The notes under the pieces were generated by a model that was not told the origin of the DNA, searched no databases, and saw nothing but the letters and a program-made list of their open reading frames with translations. A DNA stretch of 64,000 nt from Halarcobacter sp. Its GTDB lineage: Bacteria > Campylobacterota > Campylobacteria > Campylobacterales > Arcobacteraceae. The translations under genes were made by a program, and so were the position numbers. The stretch is taken from assembly GCA_963676565.1 (NCBI GenBank), contig OY781089.1:2272001-2336000 (forward strand). The letters are read 5' to 3'. Below are positions 1 to 10,189 of the stretch, in pieces (positions within the stretch are counted from its first letter, which is position 1; every line of letters starts with the position of its first letter).

Positions 1-355
1 AGAATATATGAGATAATTCAGTAATTGAATTTTTATAAATAAGTCCCAACAATAACATTGATATTGATATAGCTGCAAAGAAATTAATTCTAATTGGGTG
101 AGTAAACTCTTTTTGAACCTCTTCTTTGTATGTAATAAGCTTTTTTAGATAAAAAAAAGTAATTACAAAAAATAAAGCTGTTGTAAAATATGTAAAAAAT
201 GAAACTATAACACCTGGAAAGAAAAGTTCATGGTGTAACTTTCCAAGAACTAGTGTTAAACCTGAAAATCCCATAACAATTGCAAACATCATAACTGGGA
301 AGTACTGTAATCTATCTGAGGGTATTGCTGTGATATGTTCTTTTTGACCCATCAT
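1..355 (-). CDS. SLAC1/TehA (TDT) family anion channel, 5' part; runs off the window
   Basis: Manual translation from ATG 355 (or 352): MMGQKEHITAIPSDRLQYFPVMMFAIVMGFSGLTLVL..., matching the TDT N-terminal F-x-x-V-M-G-x-x-G pattern; AAGGA upstream. Confidence 0.75.
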   Translation of the reverse strand, partial: MMGQKEHITAIPSDRLQYFPVMMFAIVMGFSGLTLVLGKLHHELFFPGVIVSFFTYFTTALFFVITFFYLKKLITYKEEVQKEFTHPIRINFFAAISISMLLLGLIYKNSITELSHIF

Positions 356-407
356 AAAATCCTTTAAGAAATCTTTTTTTATAATGGTTTGATCCAGAAG
401 GAGATTC

Positions 408-611
408 ATGGCTAAAAAAACAATTATTGACTTAAAAAATAAAAATTTCTCATTTGAGCAAAACAATCAAACAATTAAGTTACTATCTTTTAATAAATCA
501 AATATGACTTTGGACATTAGTATATATGAAAATGGTGAACATTTAAAAAATAGTAAAATCGTATTTGCTCATTTGCCAAAAAGTTTAAAAGCAAAAATCA
601 AACCATTATAA
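408..611 (+). CDS. small hypothetical protein (67 aa)
   Basis: Strong AAGGAG RBS, clean ORF. Confidence 0.7.
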   Translation: MAKKTIIDLKNKNFSFEQNNQTIKLLSFNKSNMTLDISIYENGEHLKNSKIVFAHLPKSLKAKIKPL

Positions 612-686
612 TGTTGAATTATAATTCAATTAAGTTTAAATTATTATTAAATTAACTTATTATAATATTATAATTAAAAGTTATAT

Positions 687-1199
687 TTAGATACATATAT
701 TATAAGTATCTAAATAGTTTATGGTATTAATTTGTTTATTTGATAACACTAATGCTAACTCTTTTATAACTCCTGCATGTGTACAAATCAATATTTTTTT
801 ATCCTTTGGCAGAGTGTTAATAAATGAAATCAACCTTTTTTGAAATCTTTTTTTAGATTCATCACAAATAAATGAATGCCATAAATCCTCAGAGTCAAGG
901 TATTTGCAATCATAGTTAGGTAACTTTGAAACTTCTTCAAAATCTTTACCCTCAATAAACTCTTTAAATTTCACTTCCCTTAATTCTTCACTAACTATAA
1001 AACTCTTTTGGGTTATTAATTTTAGAGTGTTTTGACATCTTATTAAATCAGAAGAAAAATATAAATCGTATTTTGATTCTGATAATTTTTTTATTTTTTC
1101 TTTTTCAACTAAAGAAGAATCTATATTAATATTTGAGTGTCCAATATATCTTTTTTGATATTCCAAAGGCAAAGGAGCATGTCGTAGAAGCGTAATCAT
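687..1199 (-). CDS. cobC: histidine phosphatase, probable alpha-ribazole/adenosylcobalamin-5'-phosphate phosphatase
   Basis: LLRHA, SSDLIRC and CTHAGVI motifs; last gene of the cob operon, overlapping cobS. Confidence 0.8.
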   Translation of the reverse strand: MITLLRHAPLPLEYQKRYIGHSNINIDSSLVEKEKIKKLSESKYDLYFSSDLIRCQNTLKLITQKSFIVSEELREVKFKEFIEGKDFEEVSKLPNYDCKYLDSEDLWHSFICDESKKRFQKRLISFINTLPKDKKILICTHAGVIKELALVLSNKQINTINYLDTYNICI

Positions 1200-1951
1200 A
1201 CAATAAATACTAAGAGTATAAAAACCATAAAAAGTTCATTTAATTCTAAAGTTGCACCAATAGTATCACCATTTAAAAACCCAAGTTTGTTTTTTAAAAA
1301 ATTTGAAACAATTAGTAAAAAAATAAATGAAAAAATAAAAAGCCATAAAAACTTTAAGCCAATAATAAAAATAGATAATATAGATACAAATAGCGTTGAA
1401 AATATTAGACAGTTTGTACTTAATGAACTTTTTAATGTTCCTACAAAAGATGATTTAAAATCAAAAAGTTTTATATTATACAAAACCATCAAACGACTTA
1501 ACATAAGTACAACAAGTAAATAAAACTCATAATGATTTAAAAATAAATATATTAAAAAAGAGACTTTCAATAATACAAAAGATATAGAGTATAAAACTCC
1601 CATTGCACCTACAGTTGGGTCTTTTATTACTTTATAGGCATCTTTATTTGAATGTTTTGCATAAATTGCATCTACAACATCAAGAATAGCTTCAGTATGT
1701 AAAAAACCATAAAGTATCATATAAACTATTGCTGCCATTATACTGCTTAACCAATGAAGATTAGAAGTTAAGTTTAATATAGTTAGTGTAATTAGTCCTA
1801 ATATAAAGCCAACAAAAGGGAAGAAAAAAAGCATATAATTTAAAATATCTTTTTTAGATAAATCGTCTTCTTTTTTAAAACTAATTGGCAAAATAGAAAA
1901 ATAGCTAAATGAAAACATCAAACCTAATTTAATATTTTTAAATTTATTCAT
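1196..1951 (-). CDS. cobS: adenosylcobinamide-GDP ribazoletransferase (cobalamin synthase)
   Basis: Polytopic membrane protein with GFLHTEA..D, KDPTVGAMG and GFLNGDTIGA motifs. Confidence 0.92.
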   Translation of the reverse strand: MNKFKNIKLGLMFSFSYFSILPISFKKEDDLSKKDILNYMLFFFPFVGFILGLITLTILNLTSNLHWLSSIMAAIVYMILYGFLHTEAILDVVDAIYAKHSNKDAYKVIKDPTVGAMGVLYSISFVLLKVSFLIYLFLNHYEFYLLVVLMLSRLMVLYNIKLFDFKSSFVGTLKSSLSTNCLIFSTLFVSILSIFIIGLKFLWLFIFSFIFLLIVSNFLKNKLGFLNGDTIGATLELNELFMVFILLVFIV

Positions 1952-3338
1952 TTATTTTTTCCATTACTAAATCTATGTTTAGTTTAGATTTAAAAGTGTT
2001 TATGAAATTATCTATCTGAGTATTTTTATATTCTTGAAAATTAAAAGATTTATACTTTGAATTTATTTGTGTAAATATTTTATTTCTTATATTATCATTA
2101 TCAAAAATACCATGAATAAAAGTACCTTTAATCTGCTTACTTTCAAATGATACTGGATACTTTTTACTTTGTCCATGATGAATTTCAAAGCCATTTATAT
2201 CACATTCAAAAACTTCATAAGTGCTCTTTTTCAATATTTTTTCTTTTTCAAAAATTATATCATCATCAATAAAACCAAATCCCTCTTCTTTTGTTGAATC
2301 ATTATTTTCAAGAGCATATTTATCAAAAAGAGTATTGAACATCATCTCATATCCACCACATAAACCTAAAATAGTTTTTCTAAACTCTTTTAAACTATCA
2401 AATAAACCATTTGATTTCATCCATAATAAATCTTTTATTACAAGTTTAGAACCTGGCATTATTATCATATCAAATTTTTCAAGCAGTATATTTGTTTCTA
2501 TAAACTGCAAATTAATTGATTCATCTGCAATCAATGGTTCAAAATCATTATAATTACTCATATATGGATATGAAATAACACCAACATTGATAATTGGATT
2601 CTTTTTTATTTGAACATAATTTTTTAAACTTTGAGAATCTTCAAAGCCTAAATTAAATGGAATATATGGTAAGACACCAAGAACTGGAATTTTAAAATCA
2701 TTTTCAATAATCTTGATACCTTCATCAAATAAAGTTATATCACCACGAAATTTATTTACAATAACTCCAATTACATTTTCTCTAAGCTTTTTGGGTAATA
2801 AATTGTAAACTCCATAAATGGAAGCAAAAACTCCACCTTTTTCAATATCTGCAACAAGTATAATCTTTGTGTTGTATTCCTCTGCAATAAATATATTTGA
2901 TAAGTCTTTATCCATAAGATTTAACTCTACAGGGCTTCCCGCACCTTCACAAACTAATACATCATATTTTGAGTCAAGATATTCAAAACATCTTTTAACT
3001 GCAGGTTTTAGTAAATCTAAATCTTTATAATAAGCTCTTACATCTTTTGATTCAATCACTTTACCTTCAACAATAACAGAGGCACTACTTCCTCGACCCG
3101 ATTTTAATAATACTGGGTTTAAATGGTATGATGTATCAACTTCTAATACCTTTGCTTGAAAATATTGTGCAACTGCAATTTCGCTACCATCATCACAAAC
3201 ATGAGCATTATTTGAGACATTTTGAGCTTTAAAAGGAACTACGGAATATCCTAAATCTTGTAAAATCTTTGCTATTACAAAAGTGATTGTTGATTTGCCT
3301 GCATCTGAAGAGGTTCCAAAAATTGAAATGTTTTTCAC
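1944..3338 (-). CDS. cobQ: cobyric acid synthase
   Basis: GTSSDAGKS, PFKAQN, EGAGSPVELNL; glutaminase domain GLCGGYEM and GTFIHG. Confidence 0.95.
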   Translation of the reverse strand: MKNISIFGTSSDAGKSTITFVIAKILQDLGYSVVPFKAQNVSNNAHVCDDGSEIAVAQYFQAKVLEVDTSYHLNPVLLKSGRGSSASVIVEGKVIESKDVRAYYKDLDLLKPAVKRCFEYLDSKYDVLVCEGAGSPVELNLMDKDLSNIFIAEEYNTKIILVADIEKGGVFASIYGVYNLLPKKLRENVIGVIVNKFRGDITLFDEGIKIIENDFKIPVLGVLPYIPFNLGFEDSQSLKNYVQIKKNPIINVGVISYPYMSNYNDFEPLIADESINLQFIETNILLEKFDMIIMPGSKLVIKDLLWMKSNGLFDSLKEFRKTILGLCGGYEMMFNTLFDKYALENNDSTKEEGFGFIDDDIIFEKEKILKKSTYEVFECDINGFEIHHGQSKKYPVSFESKQIKGTFIHGIFDNDNIRNKIFTQINSKYKSFNFQEYKNTQIDNFINTFKSKLNIDLVMEKINE

Positions 3339-3844
3339 TATTTAAGCCTTTGAGGAAGTCCAAGTTTAACTTCATAAACTTCATCACAAAAAGAGGCTAA
3401 TTTTTGACCTATAATACCACTTAAATCAACATATTTACGAGATACTTTATCCATAGGAATAACACCAGAATTCACATCATTTAATACAAAAACTATATTT
3501 GCATCAATTTTTGATAATTTCTCTAACTCATCTAATAAAACTTCTTCTTCATCTTCTAGTCTATTTAATATCCACATTGAGATACAATCAATTAGATATG
3601 TTTCATTATCTTTTATTACTTTAGATAATTCTTTTGTTTCTTCAATTGTGATAAATTTATCTTTTCTTTGATTTTGGTGTTTTGTAAGTCTTTTTATCAT
3701 CTCTTCATCACCATAACTATTATCATAGGTAGCTAGGTAAAAAGGTTTTTTATTTAGTGCTAATTGGCAAGTTTTGTTTTCAGCCAATAAACTTTTACCA
3801 CTTTTTTGACCACCAAAATATAGTATTTTTTTGTATTTATCCAA
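3338..3844 (-). CDS. cobU: adenosylcobinamide kinase / cobinamide-phosphate guanylyltransferase
   Basis: GGQKSGKS, YLAT, HQNQR, LIDC motifs. Confidence 0.92.
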   Translation of the reverse strand: MDKYKKILYFGGQKSGKSLLAENKTCQLALNKKPFYLATYDNSYGDEEMIKRLTKHQNQRKDKFITIEETKELSKVIKDNETYLIDCISMWILNRLEDEEEVLLDELEKLSKIDANIVFVLNDVNSGVIPMDKVSRKYVDLSGIIGQKLASFCDEVYEVKLGLPQRLK

Positions 3845-4901
3845 GAAAAGACTCTACTTTTTTTGTTATTTGTTCTTTTTTCAAACCATTTAATAAACCA
3901 TATATTAAACAAGCACCTGCTCCAACGCCCTCTTTTGCTTCACCTTCATCATAAAGTTTTAGTGCTGGATGTTCTGATAAAGAAAAATCAAAATCTGCAT
4001 AATATGAATTAATCTCAAAATCTAACATCTCTAATAATGCTTTTATATCACTATTTTTATCTTCATATACCCATTTCGTTGTCCATAAAGATAATCTACT
4101 TGTATCAAATTCTCCGCCCATAATCTTTAATATTTTATTTATAACTAAAAGGACACAAGCCATTTGTGTTCCACCTGCAAGAATTAATGGTTTTTGATTA
4201 TTTAAACCAAGAACAAAACCAGCATTAAAAATAAGCATGTTATCTGAAGTTTTACCTAAGATATCAAACAATTCATCTTTTTCATCTACATTTTTTAAAG
4301 CTTTTTCAATAGTTTGTGTTCTAACAGAATTTGGAACTGTTTTAAATGAACTACTAAAAAGATCTTGACAATTATATCCCAAGGATAAAGCTGTAGCTGC
4401 TGCCGTTGTTGTTCCACTTGGTACTGATTCAGCTAAAATTATATAATCATCTTTTGTCTTAAAACTTTTACCAAACTCAACACCTTTTTTAAATACATCC
4501 ATCGCATCAATATTTGCCCCAAAGTCAATACTATCTGAAGGTTTTATTGCAAACTCATTGGTTTTAAAGTACTTAACCTTAGGTTTTATCTCTAATCCCA
4601 AATCAAGAAGCTCTATATTTGAATATGGTTTTAAAAGATGAATCGCTCTTGTGATAAGCGCAGGAGTAGGAACTCCTTTTGGTGTTTCAGCTATATTTTC
4701 TAAACTTCTAACTTCTCCTGTGCATACAAATTCACTATCTAAAGTTGGTGTTAAATGGATAAGACCAGGAATTCCAGCTTGTGTAATTCCTTCAATATTT
4801 GCTGTTTTTGTATTACTTAAACTTAAAAGAAAACTTGCACTTTTACCCCTTAAGTATTCTATTAAATCTTTATTTCCTGTAATTGTATTAATCAAAACCA
4901 T
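3837..4901 (-). CDS. cobT: nicotinate-nucleotide:lower-base phosphoribosyltransferase, TIGR00303 (archaeal/cyanobacterial-like) type
   Basis: GITQAG, PTPALIT, AESVPSGTTTA, LAGGTQM, KEGVGAG motifs; cob operon context. Confidence 0.85.
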   Translation of the reverse strand: MVLINTITGNKDLIEYLRGKSASFLLSLSNTKTANIEGITQAGIPGLIHLTPTLDSEFVCTGEVRSLENIAETPKGVPTPALITRAIHLLKPYSNIELLDLGLEIKPKVKYFKTNEFAIKPSDSIDFGANIDAMDVFKKGVEFGKSFKTKDDYIILAESVPSGTTTAAATALSLGYNCQDLFSSSFKTVPNSVRTQTIEKALKNVDEKDELFDILGKTSDNMLIFNAGFVLGLNNQKPLILAGGTQMACVLLVINKILKIMGGEFDTSRLSLWTTKWVYEDKNSDIKALLEMLDFEINSYYADFDFSLSEHPALKLYDEGEAKEGVGAGACLIYGLLNGLKKEQITKKVESFLG

Positions 4902-4943
4902 TCCTATATAATCTATTTAAATTTGGCATATTTTAACCAAAAC

Positions 4944-5708
4944 TCATTGAAACTTTTTATTATAATCTATATCATCAAACTTGCGATTTTCAGTAAATCT
5001 TTTTGCACAATAATATAATGATGCATATTTTACATATTCTAAGAAATAATCTAACTGTAGATTCTCATCATAATAATTAATCAAAGTTTCTATTTCCTGC
5101 TTATTATTACACCATGAAAGAGCAACTACAGCTAAATCAAATAGAAAATCTCCACAACAAGAATCACTGAAATCAAAAACACAAACCAATTTATTATCTA
5201 GAAATAATGCATTATCAATAAATAAGTCACCATGAATAATTCCATCATTTTTTAATTCAATGTCTAAATTTAAATACCACTTTTTTAGATAATCACTATT
5301 TGTTTTTTCAATCAGATTTTCTAAGTATTTCTTTTCATATGAATAACTTGTTTTAAAAGATCTATTTTTAGTGATATTATGTAAATCTTTTAAAAAATTT
5401 GCTATTTGATACAAATGATCTTTATTTGGTACTTTTAAACTTACCCCAAAAAATCTGTTAAAAACAATAGCATCTTTACCTTTTATATTAAATTGTTGTA
5501 TAACTTTAGGTACTTTTAATTCTTGACAAAGATCTAATACTTTTTTTTCATGATTAGCTTTAAAGAACTTATCTTCATAAATTTTTAAAATATAGTTTTC
5601 ATTTAATATATAAACAGAATCGCTATTACCATTTAATGTTTCTTCTAATTTAGAAACTTCTAAATAAGCAGATAAATCATCTACTGTAACTTTTGTTTTA
5701 ACACCCAT
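4944..5708 (-). CDS. APH/type II homoserine-kinase-like phosphotransferase
   Basis: MGVKT N-terminus, YILKIYE, GIIHGDLFIDN, VFDFS, FDLAV. Confidence 0.8.
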   Translation of the reverse strand: MGVKTKVTVDDLSAYLEVSKLEETLNGNSDSVYILNENYILKIYEDKFFKANHEKKVLDLCQELKVPKVIQQFNIKGKDAIVFNRFFGVSLKVPNKDHLYQIANFLKDLHNITKNRSFKTSYSYEKKYLENLIEKTNSDYLKKWYLNLDIELKNDGIIHGDLFIDNALFLDNKLVCVFDFSDSCCGDFLFDLAVVALSWCNNKQEIETLINYYDENLQLDYFLEYVKYASLYYCAKRFTENRKFDDIDYNKKFQ

Positions 5709-5709
5709 A

Positions 5710-6330
5710 CTAAATTATTATGTCTTTTAATTCTTTTTTCTTTTCCCAGTTGAGTTTTAACAATTCTGGTTCTTCCAAAAACTCACTAACATATCCTAAT
5801 GTAAGATATGCAATTAACTTTTTTTCTTTTCCAATGTTTAATATCTTTTTTACTTTTTTAGGTTTTAATATTGATACCCAACCAAGACCTATATTATAAG
5901 CTCTTGCCATAAGCCACATATTTTGAATTGCACAAACAACAGAATACTCACCAACACTTTTTTGACTAGTTTGTCCTAAAATATCTTTATGATTTTTTTC
6001 ATAAAAGACTGCAATATTTATATAAGATTCTTTAATCCCTTCTAATTTTAGTTTAGGATAAAGCTCTTTGTCTTTAAATATTTTTTTTGCTTTATTATTC
6101 TCTTTATTAAAATTTTTATAGATCTTATTTTTTGTTTTTTCATCATCTATTATAATAAATTTCCACGGTTGGGAAAAACCTACAGAAGGCGCTGAATTTG
6201 CTGCATCTAATATATCTTCTAAAATCTTTTTATCTATAGCTTTTTTTAAAAACCTATTACCTCTAATATCTCTTCTATTTTTGATGATTTTTTTAAGAAT
6301 CTCAATATCTTTTGATTTAAATTCTTCCAA
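5710..6330 (-). CDS. bluB: 5,6-dimethylbenzimidazole synthase
   Basis: RRDIR, APSVGFSQPW, LKLEGI, YSVVCAIQNMWL, GWVS. TTG at 6330 has an AAGG RBS; the ORF track starts at 6375. Confidence 0.92.
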   Translation of the reverse strand: MEEFKSKDIEILKKIIKNRRDIRGNRFLKKAIDKKILEDILDAANSAPSVGFSQPWKFIIIDDEKTKNKIYKNFNKENNKAKKIFKDKELYPKLKLEGIKESYINIAVFYEKNHKDILGQTSQKSVGEYSVVCAIQNMWLMARAYNIGLGWVSILKPKKVKKILNIGKEKKLIAYLTLGYVSEFLEEPELLKLNWEKKKELKDIII

Positions 6331-6390
6331 AGAATACCTTAACTTTTTTATTATTGAATTTATAGTAACATCCATGAAAAAAGAGTCTTT

Positions 6391-7425
6391 TTGAATAGTT
6401 TAAAACAATTTTCCCATGGTGGGGATATAAAAGGTTTTTCAAGAAAAACAAATATCAAAGAAAAAGATATTATTGATTTATCATCAAATATAAATTTCTT
6501 GAAACCAAATATAAAATGTAATTTTAATAATTTGAATATATCTTCTTATCCGTCTTACAAAAAACTATATGAAATTTTAGCGAAAAAATATAGTGTAAAA
6601 GCTTCAGAACTTGAAATATTTAATGGTGGAAGTAGCGCTATATTCTCATTTTTCAGAGATACTAAATTAAAAGAATGTGTAATCTATTCTCCTGCGTATT
6701 TAGAATATAAAAAAGCAGCTAAGATATTCAATCTAAAAACAAGTTTTATAAATAGATTTGATAAAAATAACACTGAAATAAAAGAAAATTCTTTAATCAT
6801 ATTTGTTAACCCTTCAACCCCTGATGGAAAATTTTATAATCTAAAAAAACTTTTTAATGAATGGGTTGAAAAAAATTGTACTATATTTATAGATGAATCT
6901 TTTTTAGAATTCACTCAAAAAACTTCTATATCCAATAAGATAAATACTTATAAAAAGTTATACGTATTAAAATCATTGACAAAATTTTATAGCTCTGCTG
7001 GAATAAGATTGGGTATTTTATTATCAAATAAAAGAAATATCTCTAGATTAAAACAGAAAGAGCCTATTTGGAAAATTTCTGAATTTGACCAAACTTATAT
7101 AAAAGAAGTATTGAAAGAGAAAAAATTTATTAAAGAAACTATTGAAAAGACAAATGATTCAAAAAAATACACGATAAGAAATTTAAACAAAATTAATTTT
7201 ATTGAAAAAATATACCACTCTGATGCAAATTTTTTACTTATAAAACTAAAAAAAATAGATGTAAACTTCTTACAAAAAGAATTAGTTAATTATAAAATCA
7301 TGATAAGAGATTGTTCTAATTTTGATTTTCTTGATAATTACTATGCAAGAATTGCTATAAAAAAGAAAAGTAAAATGAAAATATTTATAAAAGCAATGAA
7401 AGATATAGAAGGGAAGATTTTATAA
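6391..7425 (+). CDS. cobD: L-threonine-O-3-phosphate decarboxylase (PLP, class I/II aminotransferase fold)
   Basis: HGG, DLSSNIN, NPSTPDG, DESF, SLTKFY..AGIRLG, IRDCSNF; coupled to cbiB. Confidence 0.85.
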   Translation: MNSLKQFSHGGDIKGFSRKTNIKEKDIIDLSSNINFLKPNIKCNFNNLNISSYPSYKKLYEILAKKYSVKASELEIFNGGSSAIFSFFRDTKLKECVIYSPAYLEYKKAAKIFNLKTSFINRFDKNNTEIKENSLIIFVNPSTPDGKFYNLKKLFNEWVEKNCTIFIDESFLEFTQKTSISNKINTYKKLYVLKSLTKFYSSAGIRLGILLSNKRNISRLKQKEPIWKISEFDQTYIKEVLKEKKFIKETIEKTNDSKKYTIRNLNKINFIEKIYHSDANFLLIKLKKIDVNFLQKELVNYKIMIRDCSNFDFLDNYYARIAIKKKSKMKIFIKAMKDIEGKIL

Positions 7426-8318
7426 TGAATTTTGCTTTATTATTTATTGCATATTTTATTGATTTTTTCTTTGGAGAATTTGATAGATTAAAATACTTAA
7501 AACACCCTATTATAATTATTGGAGATTACATAAAATGGTTTGAAAAACGATTTTATAAAGACTCAATATTTAGAGGATTTTTATTAACTTTTACACTTCT
7601 AATAATTATACTTTTAATCACTTCATTTATAGCATCATTTGATATTATATTTTTAAATGCTTTTCTTTGCTCCTTTGCAATTAGTTCAAAAATGCTTTTC
7701 GATAGTGTAAAAAAAATTGTCACTTCTGATAACCCAAAATATGATATTTCTATGTTAGTTAGTAGAGACACATCAAATTTATCTGATAGCGACATAAATA
7801 AAGCTGCAATTGAAACTTATGCAGAAAACTTAAGTGATGGAGTTGTTGCGCCAATGTTTTATATTCTTTTATTTGGTTTAGTTGGAGCATTTTTATATAA
7901 AGGTGTAAATACTTTAGATTCTATGGTGGGATATAGAAATGAAAGATATGAAAGATTTGGAAAATTTAGCGCAAAACTTGATGATATTTTAAACTATATT
8001 CCAGCTAGAATTACTGCAATTTTAATTGCCCTATTCTTTAAATCAAAAACTGCTTTTAGATACTTTATAAAACATGGTAAAAAACATGAAAGTTTAAATG
8101 CAGGATATCCTATATCTTCAATGGCTTTAGCTTTAAATATAAAACTTGGTGGGCCAACATCATATTTTGGAAAGATTAAAAATAAGCCATTTTTTGGAAT
8201 AGGAAAAAATACTATAGAAAAAGATGATATCCTAAAAGCTTTAGAATTTAAATCAAAGTTTGATTTATTTATGCTTTCTTTTTTTATTATCTATTTGATA
8301 AATGAGTTTTTTTTATGA
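7425..8318 (+). CDS. cbiB: adenosylcobinamide-phosphate synthase
   Basis: HPI..IG, VSRDT, AENLSDGVVAP, NTLDSMVGY, DD..NYIPAR. Confidence 0.93.
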   Translation: MNFALLFIAYFIDFFFGEFDRLKYLKHPIIIIGDYIKWFEKRFYKDSIFRGFLLTFTLLIIILLITSFIASFDIIFLNAFLCSFAISSKMLFDSVKKIVTSDNPKYDISMLVSRDTSNLSDSDINKAAIETYAENLSDGVVAPMFYILLFGLVGAFLYKGVNTLDSMVGYRNERYERFGKFSAKLDDILNYIPARITAILIALFFKSKTAFRYFIKHGKKHESLNAGYPISSMALALNIKLGGPTSYFGKIKNKPFFGIGKNTIEKDDILKALEFKSKFDLFMLSFFIIYLINEFFL

Positions 8319-8920
8319 ATTGGTTAGCCCATCTTTTTCTATCAGAAGGAAATACAGATTTTCAAGTTGGCAATATACTTGCCGACCCTTTAAAAGCTAA
8401 ACCATGGGACAACTCTAGCGAAAATATTAAAAAAGGGATGAAAACTCACCTTTTAATTGATTCTTTTTCTGATAAAGATGAGCATTTTAAAATAAGCAAA
8501 AATAGATTAAAGGAAAAAGGTTTATTAAGAGGTATTGTTATTGATTTTACCTATGACTATTTACTTACCAAAAATTGGGATAAATTTTCTACTATAGAAT
8601 TAGATAAATTTAAAAATGAGTTTTATAAAAGCAGCTTAAATCAAAACTATCCAGATTTTCCTTTACAAATTTTAAACAATATAAAAAATAGAAAGCTATT
8701 GGATTTTGATTCCTTTAACGATTTAGAAAAAGCACTAAAAAGAGTTGATATAAGAGTATCATCGCGGGTTTCAAAAAGAGATTCGGCTATAAGCTATTTA
8801 CCTCTTATTGAAAAAAACATAGCTGGATTGGAAAAAGATTTTTTAATCTTTTTTCCCAAACTTTGTAATGAAGTTAAAATAAAAGTTGATGAATCAAAGT
8901 TAAAACATTGGAAAATCTAA
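8315..8920 (+). CDS. ACP phosphodiesterase (AcpH/DUF479)-like protein
   Basis: MNWLAHLFLS, GN..AD..K, H..ID.F.D; ATGA overlap with cbiB. Confidence 0.8.
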   Translation: MNWLAHLFLSEGNTDFQVGNILADPLKAKPWDNSSENIKKGMKTHLLIDSFSDKDEHFKISKNRLKEKGLLRGIVIDFTYDYLLTKNWDKFSTIELDKFKNEFYKSSLNQNYPDFPLQILNNIKNRKLLDFDSFNDLEKALKRVDIRVSSRVSKRDSAISYLPLIEKNIAGLEKDFLIFFPKLCNEVKIKVDESKLKHWKI

Positions 8921-8922
8921 AT

Positions 8923-10185
8923 CTAGGGAACTAATCTATTCATTACTAGTTTTTTATTTCCCCTAAACATTGAGTGAAGATATGTTCCAAAAACTTTTTC
9001 TTTTTGAAAACACCCTTCTATCCCATTTATACTATCTTTTGATTTTGAAAGTTTATTAAAACCATTTTCAGGGTTTAAAGCTTTTGTATAATGAAAGGCA
9101 TGACCTTTTAAACCATCTTCACTAAAATAATATCCCATTCTTTGGAATCTATTCTCTTTAGAAAAAGAGATATCTAATATAGCGCTCATTTGTTTATCAT
9201 CTACACTATGTCCTAGATAAAGTAAGCCAGCACATTCACCATATACTCTTTTTGTTTTAGCATGTTTTATCAAAGATTGTTTAAATTTTTTAGATTTTTT
9301 TATTTTTTCATAGGCTTTTTTAGTTTCTACATATCCACCACAAATATAAACTATATCTGTATCATTAGGTATTACTTCATCTTTTGTAGAATCTACAATT
9401 TTCACTTCTTTAAAAACCTCTTTTAAAAAACATAAATTATCGTGATATAAAAAAGAAAAATTTGAATCATTTACAATTGTTAGTTTGGCATTTTGTTTTT
9501 TTATTTTTTTAAAAGGATAATCTAGGTTTTCTTTTTTAGGTATTGTAGTAATATTTTCTAAAGCTTTAATATCTATATTTCTTAATACTTCTTTTGAAAT
9601 AGCTTCTATTTTAGATAAATCATCTAAATCAAGACCTAAATGAGTATCATTTAATGCTTCAATATCTTTTTTAATCCAACCTAAAACCTTGATATCATCA
9701 AAGTCTTTTTCAATAATATTTTTTATAAGTAAATAATGACTTTGTGAAGCTATTTTATTTAAAACGATACCTTTAATTGTATTATCTTTTTTATAGGTTT
9801 TAAGACCTTTTAATAATGCAGAAACCGTAATATAACTTCCACTTCCGTCAAGTAAAACAACGGTAGGGATTTTTAATAGTTTAGATATATCATAAGCAGA
9901 TGATTTTTTATCACTTCCATCGTAAAACCCCATAACACCTTCACAAATAGAAATTTTTTTATTACTATAATGATTAAAAAGCCACTTTAGTTGTTTTTTA
10001 TTCATCATAAATCTATCAAGATTAATACTTGGTGTTCCACATACTATTTTGTGAAACTGAGGATCTATGTAATCAGGACCTATTTTAAAAGGTTGTACTG
10101 ATTTTCTATAGTGATATAAAAGTGCTGTAGTTAAAACTGTTTTCCCTTGGTTTGATGCAGTTGCACTAATACATATTGCTTTCAT
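8923..10185 (-). CDS. cbiA: cobyrinate a,c-diamide synthase (CbiA/CobB)
   Basis: SNQGKT, FKIGPDYIDP, EGVMGFYDG, YGECAGLLYL. Confidence 0.9.
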   Translation of the reverse strand: MKAICISATASNQGKTVLTTALLYHYRKSVQPFKIGPDYIDPQFHKIVCGTPSINLDRFMMNKKQLKWLFNHYSNKKISICEGVMGFYDGSDKKSSAYDISKLLKIPTVVLLDGSGSYITVSALLKGLKTYKKDNTIKGIVLNKIASQSHYLLIKNIIEKDFDDIKVLGWIKKDIEALNDTHLGLDLDDLSKIEAISKEVLRNIDIKALENITTIPKKENLDYPFKKIKKQNAKLTIVNDSNFSFLYHDNLCFLKEVFKEVKIVDSTKDEVIPNDTDIVYICGGYVETKKAYEKIKKSKKFKQSLIKHAKTKRVYGECAGLLYLGHSVDDKQMSAILDISFSKENRFQRMGYYFSEDGLKGHAFHYTKALNPENGFNKLSKSKDSINGIEGCFQKEKVFGTYLHSMFRGNKKLVMNRLVP

Positions 10186-10189
10186 TTTA

